From the NCBI GenBank assembly GCA_964016885.1, contig OZ024745.1, positions 120,652,001-120,716,000 of the forward strand: a stretch of DNA of 64,000 nucleotides. Direction: 5' to 3'. The notes beneath the pieces are model-generated. The model made no database searches, was not told the origin of the DNA, and saw only the letters and a program-made list of their open reading frames with translations. This document shows positions 1 through 12,860 of this stretch, in pieces (within the stretch, counting starts at the first letter, position 1; each line of letters begins with the position of its first letter). The stretch is from Eledone cirrhosa (lineage: Eukaryota). Both the position numbers and the translations under genes were made by a program.

Positions 1-972
1 CAGTGGTCTCTTGCCTACAACTAATCTAAGCTTAATTATTCGATTATTAACTCGAACTACCTCTATTGTCTTATTGATCCATCTCTCAGCCAGGAAAATG
101 CCTACTCCCCCTAACCCATCATCCTTACCTTCCCAGAAAAGCTTAAAGCTAAGATGTTTGCCTGCGACTAGTCTCGCAGAGGCACCTCTCCAACTCACCT
201 CTTGCACGCAGCACACATCCACATGCCTTCTCTCCAGCATCTCCTATTTCACCAGATCTACCTGTGAGAGTGCCAACATTAAGTGTTGCAACTCTGAGAT
301 GCGACGTCTTCATATTTTTGTTGTTACTATATACTTGTTGCTGTGCTTATAATCGTTTTGGCATTGATACACTGGTTGGATGCCCTTTCTAACACCAGTG
401 CCATTTTACAACATGGACTGGGTGCTTTTATTCGTGCCACCAGCACTAGAGAGGATGTCTTACTTATGGGCCCTCTCTACCCCTCCATTTTACAGCATGG
501 TCAAAACTAAAAAAAAAAAAAACACACACACACACCACTTATTGACACTCGCGGCACACACACACACACTCATTCACACAAACACACATGCCACTCACAC
601 ACACACACTCATGCATACAAACACACACACGCCACTCACACACATACATATATAACCGTTAGTACTGATAAAAAATCATGTCAACTGTTGACTTTTCCAG
701 TTCAGTTTTTATATAATAATAATAATAATTGTTTGCTTTACAGCATAGAGCAGCGGCCCTCCACTCTCCGGGCCCAAAAACAAGGCACCAGCAATGCGCT
801 GGGACAATCGCTGCCCTGTGCCAAGAACAGAATAGTTATTTAGTATTATAGTTGTTTTCTTCTTCTTAAGGCCTGATCGCTGGTGATGGTGGTGATGGTG
901 GATGGTGTCAGTGATGGTGATGGCAGTGGTGGTGGATGGTGTCAGTGATGGTGATGGTGGTGGTGGATAGTG

Positions 973-1029
<57 letters not shown>

Positions 1030-1030
1030 A

Positions 1031-1068
1031 CGAGCTGAAGATCCACTAAGGTGAAGCAATTGTTCTCG
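1031..1068 (+). ncRNA. Degenerate type-I minimal hammerhead ribozyme
   Basis: cgag-CTGAAGA-tccactaaggt-GAAG-caattg-TT-ctcg: stem I cgag/ctcg, palindromic stem III caattg, GAAA changed to GAAG; island flanked by (TA)n. Confidence 0.6.
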
Positions 1069-1324
1069 ATATGGTGAACTAACTGTTGTGTTACCACTTC
1101 TATATACATATATATACATATATATACAGATATATATATATATATATTGCAAGCTGAGTTTGGGAGGATGGGTCATACGCATTTGATTTGCTGAATTTGG
1201 AAGGTGAGTATGATTTGGTTTGGCAGGAGTCATGGGTACATGTTGGCATTCAGTTTAGCCTATTTGCTAAGTGTTGGTAGACTAATTGGCGCAATAACGG
1301 CCTTATTTTGGATAAAATATGTAT

Positions 1325-1337
1325 ATATAGTTCAAGA

Positions 1338-1393
<56 letters not shown>

Positions 1394-1508
1394 CAAGAGT
1401 ATAAATATATATATATATATAGTTCAAGAGTATAAATATATATATAGCTCAAGAGTATAAATATATATATAGTTCAAGAGTATAAATATATATATATATA
1501 GTTCAAGA
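1325..1508. repeat. agttcaagag units interleaved with (TA)n
   Basis: About 6 copies of agttcaagagtat separated by variable TA runs. Confidence 0.85.
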
Positions 1509-2719
1509 GCCAGTAAAACAGGCTTTCCAACAAGCAGTTACAAAAGCAATACTTGAAACCGTATGCCTTGAGCTGTGTTTTGTCTATGGTCAAAACTCAA
1601 AACAGTTTTAATAGCTGAATTGAGTAGGTGCCACATATTGCATTGTAAATGTGGTTGGCATTAGGAAGGGCATGTAGCCATAGAAACCAAGCCAGAAACA
1701 GTTCTGTATGGGCAAGATGTGGTCACCTGATCTGACTTGTCTTACAATGTCAGGAAAACTGGTCTAACGAATGTTAGGGTGGAAAATGCTTGTTAAACGA
1801 CGATGATGATGATGCTATGTGTGTGTGGGTGTGTGTAAAGCATACCCATGTGATTCCAGGTTTGATCCTAATGCACAGCTACTTGAGTAAGTGTCAGAAG
1901 GGAATTTGGTAGACCCTTCAAAAGCAAGCATGCATATAAATATCTAAGTGTGTGTGTCTGCACATGTGTACAGGTGTAAAACAATGCATCAAGTGACATC
2001 CCTTTACAGAAAAAGATAACTTCAACATTATATAAACAAAGATCAATAAGATAAATACCAGACAGAAATCAGAACTGGGGTTGATGGTGCCCCAGTATGG
2101 CCACAGTTCAAAGACTGAAATCATTAAAAGAATATTATCTACACACAACATATTTATATGTACATACACAAGCTTTCAATGTTCAGCCAATACCACACAG
2201 ACATATATAATGTATACATACATTTTCTTCAATAAATCAAGTAATCAAATCTCCTTCATCTGTCAGTTACAAGTAGCAAAGCAAGCTGACTAAACAACTC
2301 AACATTCACAATATTCTGAACTGCTGAGATTTAAGATGGCTGAAACCATCATCTAAACTTAACCAGTGAAAATCTACAAGTCTTTAACTATACCAACTAT
2401 CTATCAAGAATAATGTCCAAGCTCAACAATTAAAATATTTACTAAAATGTTTATTTTGTGTGTCCAGGATAGTTCAAGGAGAAATATAGAGAGCATATAA
2501 AAACCTATAGTTAGTTCACAATGAACTATAATTTTATATTTTAGTCTGAATTTCATCAGTTAGATTACTAATTCTGTTGTAAAGGATATGATCACAGTTA
2601 ACCATGTTCCTTAACACTCTTATAAGAAACAATTATTCAATGTTTAAGCCTTTTAATACCTTTTAAAAGTCAACGTTTTAATCATATACAAAAGCAATCA
2701 TTATATTATCAGAAGAATA

Positions 2720-3020
2720 GGGTAAAGGGTAAAGACCCCCTTCGGTCATTAATGACCATGGGATTTGCACAAGTCCAGGCAAGAATGTTTTGTGGAAGAC
2801 CAGCAGTTGCCCATGCATACCAGCCTCCCCTCTCCATGCCACTGATGTTGTCCAAGGGAAAGGCAAAGGCTGATACAGTTTGGCACCAGCAACATTGCAA
2901 CTCATTTCTACATCTGAGTAAACCGGAGCAACATGAAATAAAGTGTCTTGCTCAAGAACACAATGCAAACCTCGCGATTGTAAGCCTGATGCTCTAACCA
3001 TTAAGCGATGTGCCTTCATC
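2720..3020 (-). mobile_element. tRNA-derived CORE-type SINE
   Basis: Minus strand: head with A box (ggttagagc), CORE-like cttgagcaagacactttatttca, (tttaccc)n-like tail. Confidence 0.75.
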
Positions 3021-3918
3021 AGAAGAATAACCTCTACAATAATGATTATAACAATGTATTTCCAATACTCACGTAAAAATATAATGAAACAAAAAGTCAA
3101 TAAGTTGACTAAAAGATGTTGTATGTACATAGACTAAGAAATATAAATTGTTCAAAGTATTTTTCATAATATAAATACCAACTCAGGCAAAAAATAATAA
3201 GCAGAATAAATATAGGTAGCCCCACCACAAAAAAAAAAAAATGGTTCCTCGAAAAGATATATATTAGAAAAGATAACACATTCCTGGCAGTGCTTGGAGT
3301 GTAAAATTCTTATCTGTTGTATGAATCCTTGTTGGCCATCTAACCTCTAAAACTGCCTCCCTATTCCATTGCTTGAAAGAACATTCCTAACACACACAAC
3401 ATACACTCATAGCTTATATATTTATTTGTTCACATGAAGAACTTCTTCATTGTTGGCAATATAAGCAAGGATTTGCCAAACTAATAAGTCATCTTATTTA
3501 CTAGATCAGCAATGCCAGTTCTTTCAAGACTTGAATAAATCTCTAAGGAACAGGAATTTGTTTTCCATTTCTATAAAACACTGACAGATCATGATCTTTT
3601 TCTCCCCACCTCACAGTAGAATTGTTTGTACAATATTTGAAGGAGAAGTTCTACATTTAAATGATAAGTATTTATTTAGCCTATCATAACATGGCATAGC
3701 TTTCTGAAATACTCACTCATCACTTAACCAAGAAATTTTCAGATTTCACTTGTTTCTGCTTGTCTTTTTATTCATTAATCAGAAAAGAAAGGGTATTGCT
3801 GGTGGCCTTGTCAGGTCATTCTAAACCAGGGGTCAGGAAAATTAAACCTGTTTATTACAATATTTCTAATGAGATACAAAGCCCTTGCGTTTCAATTAAT
3901 TTGAAAATAATGAAGAAT

Positions 3919-4146
3919 TTAACCCTTTAGCATTTACATTACTCTATATATACTATTATATTTCATGGTAAAGGCTTTACCTCACATAATTATCTCACAT
4001 AATATCGAATCTATGAGATTTTGATATTATTTATTTTGAGAACAATACCTTAACATCAGTATGAGCAGCCAGTTACAGCCGGTTTGAACAGAAAGAGGTG
4101 AGAGAATTCTGACCGGATACAGCTGATTTAAATGCGAAAGGGTTAA
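3919..4146 (+). mobile_element. piggyBac-like MITE with TTAA target
   Basis: TTAA-ccctttagcattta ... taaatgcgaaaggg-TTAA; further copies at about 4328, 27117, 28883, 29600 and 49580. Confidence 0.8.
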
Positions 4147-4327
4147 AGGAATTTACTAATGCAGCTTAATGTTTTCATTATGAAGTAGGTGTTTGAAACA
4201 TTTATTTAGCAAAAAAGACTCTTACATAAAATTATAGAAAGGATTAATAGAAGTATGAACACATCAAATCAAGCAGCTTCATATTACAGAACCAGGGGCA
4301 GTTTCAGAAAGGTTGGTATCAAAAGGA

Positions 4328-4532
4328 GCATTTAAACCAGCCATATCCAGCCAGGATTCTCTCACCTCTTTCTGTTCAAACAGGCTGTAACTGGCCACTC
4401 ATGCTGATGTTAAGGTATTGTTCTTAAAATAAATAATATGAAAATCTCATAGATTTGATATTATGTAAGATAAAGCCTTTACTGTGAAAATCTAATAGTA
4501 AATATAGAGTAATGTAAATGGTAAAGGGTTAA
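4328..4532 (-). mobile_element. piggyBac-like MITE, inverted copy
   Basis: Reverse-complement match to 3919-4146, ends aaagggTTAA. Confidence 0.8.
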
Positions 4533-4744
4533 GGAGGTTAATGTGACAAATGTTCCTACTGAATTCTCTGTTGTCAATGAGAGGTTGAAAGGAAAACATC
4601 ATCAAGGAATGGTTTTATAATCATTGCAGTTCTAGAGAATGACAAAGGAAAAATCATTTCTCTGTAGTTTGTCAGAGGAAAAAACAATAGGGATGAGGAG
4701 AAGCGGGGTGCTTTGAATAGTTTTCAGTGGGGTCAGTATGTATG

Positions 4745-5078
4745 GTCTCATAACTCCTAAGGGGGTCATAGGAGCATCATATTTACATACAGCATTTCTA
4801 GGATATTTTTAAAACCTGGCAGAACCCATCTCCTCTCCAGGTCTGAATACAGTAGATTTATTCCAGAGAAGGATAGAGAGTGAAAGAATGAAAGTGAGAA
4901 AGAGATACAAAGGAAGAATTGACCCCAGTACTAGACTGGTACTTTTTTTATCGACCTCAAAAGGATGAAAGGCAAAGTTAACCTAGGTAGGATTTGAACT
5001 CAGAGAGCAGAGAACCGGAACGAATACCATAAAGCATTCTATCTGATGTTCTAATGGATCTGCCAATTTGCCACCTAT
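4745..5078 (-). mobile_element. Deu/Nin-like SINE, long-tail variant
   Basis: ggtacttttttta tcgacc...aggatgaaaggcaaagttaacc...gatttgaactcag core with B box on minus strand. Confidence 0.7.
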
Positions 5079-5722
5079 GGGGTTAGTATGCAATCATCTA
5101 ATTTATTCTCTGCTGTTTACCAACTAATTATGTCTAGTCCTAATTATGGAATTCCAGACATTTATTTCTTCAACTGAAGCCAAAAATAACCAAATTAAAA
5201 GACTGAGAGAGTATTTCTTAGCAAGAGAAATCAATATTTCAATAACAATTCCTTGAAAAATAGACATAATTCTATTTTAATAAGATAGAGATATATAATT
5301 AATTGAATTGGCCTCACAAATATTATAGTAATTATCTCAATAATTACAATAATATTAGTGAACAAGAGAGCACAAAGTATGTATGAGAACTTAAAGAAGT
5401 ACCAGGACACCTACAATCCTAATAATTATTTCTTTTGACCAGGTGAAGAGAGGAAGCATAATTGATTAAATCAGCTTTAGTATTTATTTATCTCATTTAA
5501 CTCTCTAGTGTTCAGAAACAAATTTGAACACACATCAAATAATGATAATAATAGTGGTGATCATCATAACAGCAAATGCTGATGAAGAAACAAGATGAAA
5601 ATGTTAAATACTGCAGAGCTTTTAATCCAATAATCTGCTGTTTAAGCTATTCCTATAGTCAGAGAATTATTTTTTCCTTGTTTTGTTGTCCTTGTTACCT
5701 GACCCTTTATAAAAGAGAAATA

Positions 5723-6321
5723 CAGTTGTCCCCTGGTAGTTGTAGGGGTTATGTTCCTAGAACACCCACAAGGAGTGAAAAACCACAAATATTGGACGTG
5801 GTCCATAAAAATGTCTATAAACGTCAACATATAATAAAAAAAGATGGAGCATCTTATGCAAAGCGGTGTCTAATAGGCTGGCAAAAACAGTTAGTGTTAT
5901 AAAAAGCCATTAAAAAAGTTAGTGTTATAAAAAGCCATTAAAAAAATTAGTGTTATAAAAAATTAGTGTTATAAAAAGTTAGTGTTATAAAAAGTTAGTG
6001 TTATAAAAAGCCATTAAAAAAATTAGTGTTATAAAAAATTAGTGTTATAAAAAGTTAGTGTTATAAAAAGTTAGTGTTATAAAAAGTTAGTGTTATAAAA
6101 AGTTAGTGTTATAAAAAGCCATTAAAAAAATTAGTGTTATAAAAAGTTAGTGTTATAAAAAGTTAGTGTTATAAAAAGCCATTAAAAAAATCACAGAAGA
6201 TATTTACAATTTTGCGAATATGCGGTGGTTTCCACAAATAATTATTAGTTAGGTTCTAGGGAAAATTCTGCGAATAACCAGGACCACGAATGTTGGGACC
6301 GCAAATGGTGAGGGTACGCTG
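5723..6321. mobile_element. Tigger/pogo-like MITE with internal minisatellite
   Basis: TA-CAGT ... CTG-TA ends with imperfect subterminal inverted repeats (gttcctag/ggttctag); internal tandem ttagtgttataaaaag. Confidence 0.65.
5888..6190. repeat. 16-bp minisatellite ttagtgttataaaaag, sometimes followed by ccattaaaaaa
   Basis: About 15 tandem copies. Confidence 0.95.
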
Positions 6322-6439
6322 TACCACATTTAATTATTGTTACTTTATTCTAATGACCGCAAATGACTGAAAAGCTAAGTAGTATTTGAACTTACAAATG
6401 TCACAGCTTTAATTAAACACAGTAAAATATCAATAATAA

Positions 6440-6660
6440 TAATGGTTTCTACTTTTGGCACAGGGCCAGCAATTTTGGGGGCGGGGAAAGTCGATTAAAT
6501 TGACCCCAGTGCATTACTGGTGCATAATTTCATCGACCTTGTAAGGATGAAAGGCAAAGCTAACCTCGGCGGGATTTGAACTCAAAACATTAAGGGCCAA
6601 AACTCAATGTCGCTAAGCATGTTGTCCGATGCTCTACCGGTTCTGCCAATCCACCGCCCT
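6440..6660 (-). mobile_element. Deu/Nin-like SINE between (TAA)n runs
   Basis: Full head-core-tail; other copies at about 8000, 8320, 21030(+), 26690, 28400, 28935(+), 34095, 37205(+), 50715 and 51000. Confidence 0.8.
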
Positions 6661-6809
6661 AATAATAATAATAATAATAAACTTTGCCCACTTTTATTCA
6701 TCAGAGGGTCCTCCAGCATACCTTCCAGTGTGTCCTGTCAAAAGCAACTGTCTCCAATTTATTCCAGCTGGATGGGCCCCAAGCAAGACTAGCCAAGCTC
6801 ATGGATATT

Positions 6810-7300
6810 ACCCATGATAATAATGATAATGATAATTTCAAGACAAGGCCAACAATTACCCAGTGTATTACTGGTACTTTATTACCCATGATAATAATGA
6901 TAATGATAATTTCAAGACAAGGCCAACAATTACCCAGTGTATTACTGGTACTTTATTACCCATGATAATAATGATAATGATAATTTCAAGACAAGGCCAA
7001 CAATTACCCAGTGTATTACTGGTACTTTATTACCCATGATAATAATGATAATGATAATTTCAAGACAAGGCCAACAATTACCCAGTGTATTACTGGTACT
7101 TTATTACCCATGATAATAATGATAATGATAATTTCAAGACAAGGCCAACAATTACCCAGTGTATTACTGGTACTTTATTACCCATGATAATAATGATAAT
7201 GATAATTTCAAGACAAGGCCAACAATTACCCAGTGTATTACCGGTACTTTATTACCCATGATAATAATGATAATGATAATTTCAAGACAAGGCCAACAAT
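6810..7300. repeat. 74-bp minisatellite derived from a SINE tail
   Basis: catgataat recurs at 6813, 6887, 6961, 7035, 7109, 7183 and 7257; unit contains acaaggccaacaattacccagtgtattactggtacttt. Confidence 0.95.
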
Positions 7301-7419
7301 TTATAAAGGATGAAAGGCAAAGTTAACCTTGGTGGGAAGAAACAACTAAGTCCATACATTTACAACCTTCTTTCCATTCCTTCTCTAGCACACACAATCT
7401 TCAGATTAAAAAGGTGTGT

Positions 7420-7695
7420 GTCATCATCATCATCATCATCATCATCTTCGTTTAATGTCCATTTTCCACGCTAGCATGGGTTAGACGGGAGTTGTCCCAC
7501 TTGAGGCAAGGCTGGTCGGGTGACCGTGTCTCGCTCATATAGGACTATCTGGCAGGTTTTCTACAGCTGGATGCCCTTCCTAACACCAACCACATTTACA
7601 GTGTGGAACTGGGAACTTTTTACCGTGTTACCTACACGGCATGTATGTAACCCCATGGTAGCATGGAAAATGGACGTTAAACAATGATGATGATG

Positions 7696-7697
<2 letters not shown>
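7420..7697. mobile_element. RTE 3'UTR or RTE-tailed SINE fragments, with (CAT)n and (GAT)n at opposite ends
   Basis: (cat)n-gtttaatgtcc...ctggatgcccttcctaacaccaacc; many related copies across the window. Confidence 0.65.
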
Positions 7698-7726
<29 letters not shown>

Positions 7727-7745
7727 CACACACACACACATACAT

Positions 7746-7782
<37 letters not shown>

Positions 7783-7809
7783 TGTACACACACACACACA
7801 CACACATGT

Positions 7810-7862
<53 letters not shown>

Positions 7863-9656
7863 CACACATATATATATATTTGGGAACATAGCCAAAACTC
7901 AAGATTCATTATAAACATCTAGTATGGAAAGTTAAATATGAACACACATAACACACAAATGTGTAAATCAAATAAATCAACAATATTTGTAATGATTGTT
8001 TCTACTTTTGGACACAAGGCGAGTAATCTGAAGGGAAGGAGACAGCCAATCAAATCAACCCAGTGTCTTACTGGTACTTTATTTTATTGACGCTGTAAGA
8101 ATGAAAGACAGGATTTGAATTCAGAATGTAAAGGGCCATAACAATATGCCACAAAGCAAAACAATTGCTCCAAATTTACTGCACAAACATTAAAAAGAGC
8201 ACTCTCAGTACAATAGAAATGATGACAACATAAATATCACTGCACATACCCAAGGCACACAAAGCTGTGCTCAGTAATGCAGTGATGACAAAATAAAAAT
8301 AAGACTAATAATGATTTCTTATATAAGCACAAGGCCAGCAATTGGGGGGGGGGGTCAATTAAATCGACCCCAGTCCATGACTGGTACTATATTTTATCAA
8401 CCTCATAAGGATGAAAGGCAAAGTTAACCTCGGCAGGATTTGAAGGGGCGTAACTCTATGTTACAAAGCATGGCGCCTGACCCTCTACCAACACTGCCAA
8501 TCCACTGCCCTTATAATAATAATAATGATAAGGATTTCTAACATGAGCACAAAAAGACACTTTTTTGGTAATGGTGTATAGATGATAATAGAGACTGCAG
8601 TACGTGGGTGGCACATATTTTATAATTTCATGAGGGAGCACAGGCAACATTGCCTCAATGAAATTTGAAATCACCGATGCAAGCATGGAAACTAGATGTG
8701 ATGATGATGGTGATGACGATTGTAAAGAGGCAGAACTAAATACAGCAAGTCATTTCGTGCAACACATTAACAATTCTTGTGAAAAAAAATTAGAATGAAA
8801 TAAGAAAGGAAAGAAGCTGATCTTCAGATTGGACTAAAGAGACAATATTTCCATTGGTCATACTTTCTGCCAATCACAACTGATAGCAGAAGCCATGAGT
8901 AAAAACGGTTTCCTTCAAGGGACCAATGTGTCACTCAGTTGAACAATTGAACCCACAACCTTATGATTGTGTATCCAACACCCTAACCAATAGTCCACAT
9001 ACGTGCATTCATCTATATATGCATTTCTGTGATTCTGTCACAACACGTAAAGAGAGAGAAGTAGTTTCACTACCTCATACTACTCCTCTCTCTCTCTCTT
9101 TATGTCTGCTGTCTGCATGAATGTATGTGTGTGTGTAAAAGGAAGGGGATGGTGAAAAAAACTATACTGTGTGTGAGTGTATGTGTGTTTGTGTAAATGT
9201 ATGTATGTGTTTGTGTAAATGTATGTGTGTGTTTGTGTGAATGTATGCTTGTGAGTGTGTATTTTTGTAAATGTGTCTGTGTGTTGCATGTTTATATTTA
9301 TATACTGAAACATATAAATGTATCCATATGCACATACACATAAACATACACGTACACATACGCGTCAGTGTATGCAAAAAATTTCTAGCTTGAAAAAATA
9401 AAATAAAATGATAATATTAAATATACTCATATTCTTAGTATAGATTATAGGTTGGTCCAATAATTTCTATCGATATTCTCTTTAAATTAATGATACAAGG
9501 TCAAAGACCTTATATCAGTAATAGTAATTTTACTGAGAGATGGTTCCATTGATAAATATTGCAAAACATAAGAGTTTTTATATTCTACTGAGAATGCCTG
9601 CTTCTCAAGAACATATAAATTATGCAAAATTGAAATTGGGAACATATGTATGAGAT

Positions 9657-9709
<53 letters not shown>

Positions 9710-11187
9710 ACTAAGGCTCCTATTATTAAAACACCTGGGAAATCTCTTGTGAGCTACCTACAATTTAAAAAAAGGCCACCTAAACCTGCATTGGTGTATA
9801 CTTAAGCACAAATTTGAAAAGATACCAATGATTGCAGAAAATGGAATCTAATATTGACATAATAAAGGGTTTTAAACATAATATATGCTACAATCTGAAT
9901 AAAAAGAGAAAAACAAGACTTCAAAAGATCATTTTTTAAGGATGTTGTCCAAACTGTTAACATTCATTTCCACACAAGCTACTATTAGGGGGGGGGGGTC
10001 ATGTGGGAGACACAGTAGTGAAAGACCTGCTCGAAAATTCATTAATCAACTCTCAGACAATACAAATCTCTGTAGAGAACAACAATACAAATCTTAGTAG
10101 GGAGCGGTTGCCAGGAGCAATGGAAAATGGTGAATTACGGAGAGACTTTGTCAGGAATGTTAGTCTGTGGATGCAATGATGATGATGAAAATATATTGTA
10201 TTTTCTCAACTTAAGTTAAGCTATTTCCTCATATTATACCACCACCAAATGTGTGATTCTCTTCTGAATTGGCAGTTATTAGAGTGGGCATTACTTGCCA
10301 ATGTCATCTTGAGTGTTTTTAGAGTAATAGGCTGGGCCCTTCTTTGATATGACAGAGGAAATAAATTATAGAGAATATATGTGGAGCAATTGGCAACTGA
10401 CTTGAGAATTGGAATTCGCAGGGATATCAGTGAGAGCCAAAACTAAAACAAGAGGCTAACATGTTGACTCATTTAACCTATGTGATGAGAAGACATGTGG
10501 GTGGTGGTAGTTCAACTGACAATGTTTCACAGTTACTAAATGTTCACTTAGCAAGACATCATCATCATCATTTTATGAACTAATAAACCCCTCTTCAACT
10601 TCACTTTGTCTTTTAAAACGAATCAGATATCATTTCAATGATAATTACACCCTGTTTTTATGTGGGTTTTATTCAAAATTTAAAGAGTATATATAAAGTA
10701 ATATATACATTAAAAGAAAATTTACATATCACTGTTTTTAATTCAGTCATTGAAAATTGATATTTAGAAAGTTTTATAGTACAAATATTACCTCAAAATA
10801 GAATAGCAATAATGACTTTTGAAAGGTTAGCATCTGGATATGCAGGCTTTTTAGAAGGAAAATAAGATAAAAAGTCAAACAAGAGAAATTTAATTGGTTT
10901 GTTTAGAGGCAAAGCCATGCCAGCTTTAAACTTCAGATAATTTCACAGATTGGAAACAGAAAGCAAAATGAATTGTCAGTTTGTAAAAGCAAACAAACAA
11001 TGATAAACTGGCTAATGGTAAGAGAAAGCTCAGAAGAACAGAATATATATACATATACATATATTTATAAATATATGTGTGTATATGTGTGTGTGTGTGC
11101 AAAAGGCAAACAGAAATTACAAACAAATAACACAGTACAATGAAGAAATAAATTATTAGTTTTATGCTTAATATAGTAGGAAAAGTG

Positions 11188-11223
11188 TCATAACGTTTCG
11201 GATGCTAGTCCTTCATCAAAAAT
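11188..11223 (-). ncRNA. Minimal hammerhead ribozyme with C3>U change, in a Penelope pLTR-like region
   Basis: Minus: TTGATGA-a-gga-ctagca-tcc-GAAAC-GTT; palindromic AACGTT stem III; same family as 47668-47703. Confidence 0.65.
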
Positions 11224-11799
11224 AGAATGAGAAATTAAAGAAGAAGAAATAGAAAGATTGAGAAGACGAGCAGGGCGAAAGCGGAAAAATTTTTTTAGAG
11301 AAAAATAACATGTCCATTGATGGTTCCATCTCTTGGAAAACTGTCAATGCTGGCGTTTTGTGTACGATATACTCTTTTGAAAAGGTGGTGATCAATCGTG
11401 TATATCTAAAAGGGTAAAAAAGCCATTTTGTATATAGAGCTGTACGTAACCACATGCATATACGTGTGTGTTTTTATACGTCTGTACAAAGCTAAGAGGA
11501 TATGTGTGTATATTTTAGTGAAAGAGTGTCTGTGTGTGTGTGTGTGTGTGTATTTGTAAGTACAAAGCTATGAGCAAATGTGTGTATATAAAGGTGTGTG
11601 TATGTCTGAGTGTGTACAGAGCTGTGAAGGTAAATATAGAGGTGTGTGTGTGTGTGCATTATTTGTTTGTATAAGCTGTAAGAGTGTATGTTTCTGACTA
11701 TAGCAAAGCCACAGGAAACTAGGCAGTGAATGTATACGTGCATGTGTGACAACGGACAGGGTAAAGGTGACAGTGTCAAGGGGTAGGGAAGTAAGTATG

Positions 11800-11941
11800 A
11801 CACCAAGGACTGAAACATGTAGCGAAGAGTGGCCAGGGGGATGGAAAACACGAGCGACGGGAGTATCCATACTGAGTCATATGTCCCTCAAATGTTCAGC
11901 AAACTGGTCTGCCAAACGGCGTCCTGTTTGTCTGATGTATA
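11800..11941 (-). pseudogene. Penelope-like element GIY-YIG endonuclease fragment
   Basis: Minus translation YIRQTGRRLADQFAEHLRDI*LSMDTPVARVFHPPGHS matches the YIGxTxRxLxxRFxEH...PVAxHF pattern; contains a stop. Confidence 0.8.
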
Positions 11942-12276
11942 CAATTTGCTTTGTATATGTGACAAAATACTGTGTGTTTCTCAAACCCTATATGACCTTT
12001 TCTCTCTAAATATATCTTTTAACTTGAATTATTGATGCTCTGAACCAAGGTCCATGATCATCATACATATCAAATATGTATTGATATATATATATATATA
12101 TATAAGTTAGTTCCACAACATATTAGCTAACCATCTTCAAGGACACATGCTGCACCCAAGAAAATCTGTTGTCTTCAAAGATGGTTTGTTAATCTGTTCT
12201 GGAACTAACTTTATACCAAACTCATCCCATGGACTGAGTGCTCTACTTACTATGGATATATCCTCCCAGTGTTCTA

Positions 12277-12319
<43 letters not shown>

Positions 12320-12323
<4 letters not shown>

Positions 12324-12501
12324 CAAAGAAGGTATGGTAAGATACCAGTTAGACCATAACACACCAAAGTACTCAATACTTAGGGTAGTAGAGTGGGTAA
12401 TATGAAAAGAGTCAGGACCCCGACGGCTTAGCTCCAAACAATTCAGATCTAGCTGTCGAAATGGCCAGAACTCAGCCGTTGGAGTCCTGATTCTTTTCAT
12501 A
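12320..12501 (-). mobile_element. Palindrome-headed short element in (TA)n, copy A
   Basis: Imperfect inverted repeat 12401-12435/12467-12501; tail is the reverse complement of 12772-12855. Confidence 0.75.
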
Positions 12502-12649
12502 ATGTGTTGAAATGTCCAACACCCCCAGCAGACAACTGATGAAGGAACATTTTCTCCCGTTCTTGCTTTCCTCTTTTTATAAGTACACCTTATCCAGCAA
12601 CTACACAGCCCCTGTTTATTTTTAAATATATATATATATATAATGTATA

Positions 12650-12860
12650 TAATAGGAAAAAGTATGACCCCGACAGCAGAGCTCAAGCCGTTTCGACGGC
12701 TATTTCTGGACAGTCCAGAAATAGCCGTTGAAACGGCTTGAGCTCTGCTGTCGGGGTCATACTTTTTCCTATTACCCACTCTACTACCCTAAGTATTGAG
12801 TACACTGTTGCGTTATGGTCCATCTGGTTCTTTACCACAATTCCTTCGTAATGTATATAA
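12650..12860 (+). mobile_element. Palindrome-headed short element in (TA)n, copy B
   Basis: 62-bp arms 12650-12711/12713-12774 with one mismatch, then tail attacccactctactaccctaagtattgagtac. Confidence 0.85.

Noticed and set aside
730-840. GC-rich island next to (TAA)n, possibly a LINE 3' end
   Set aside because: Only a weak SVLGT similarity; cannot be classified
12537-12560. CTGATGA hammerhead start (also at about 28583 and 32335)
   Set aside because: No matching GAAA and stems at suitable spacing
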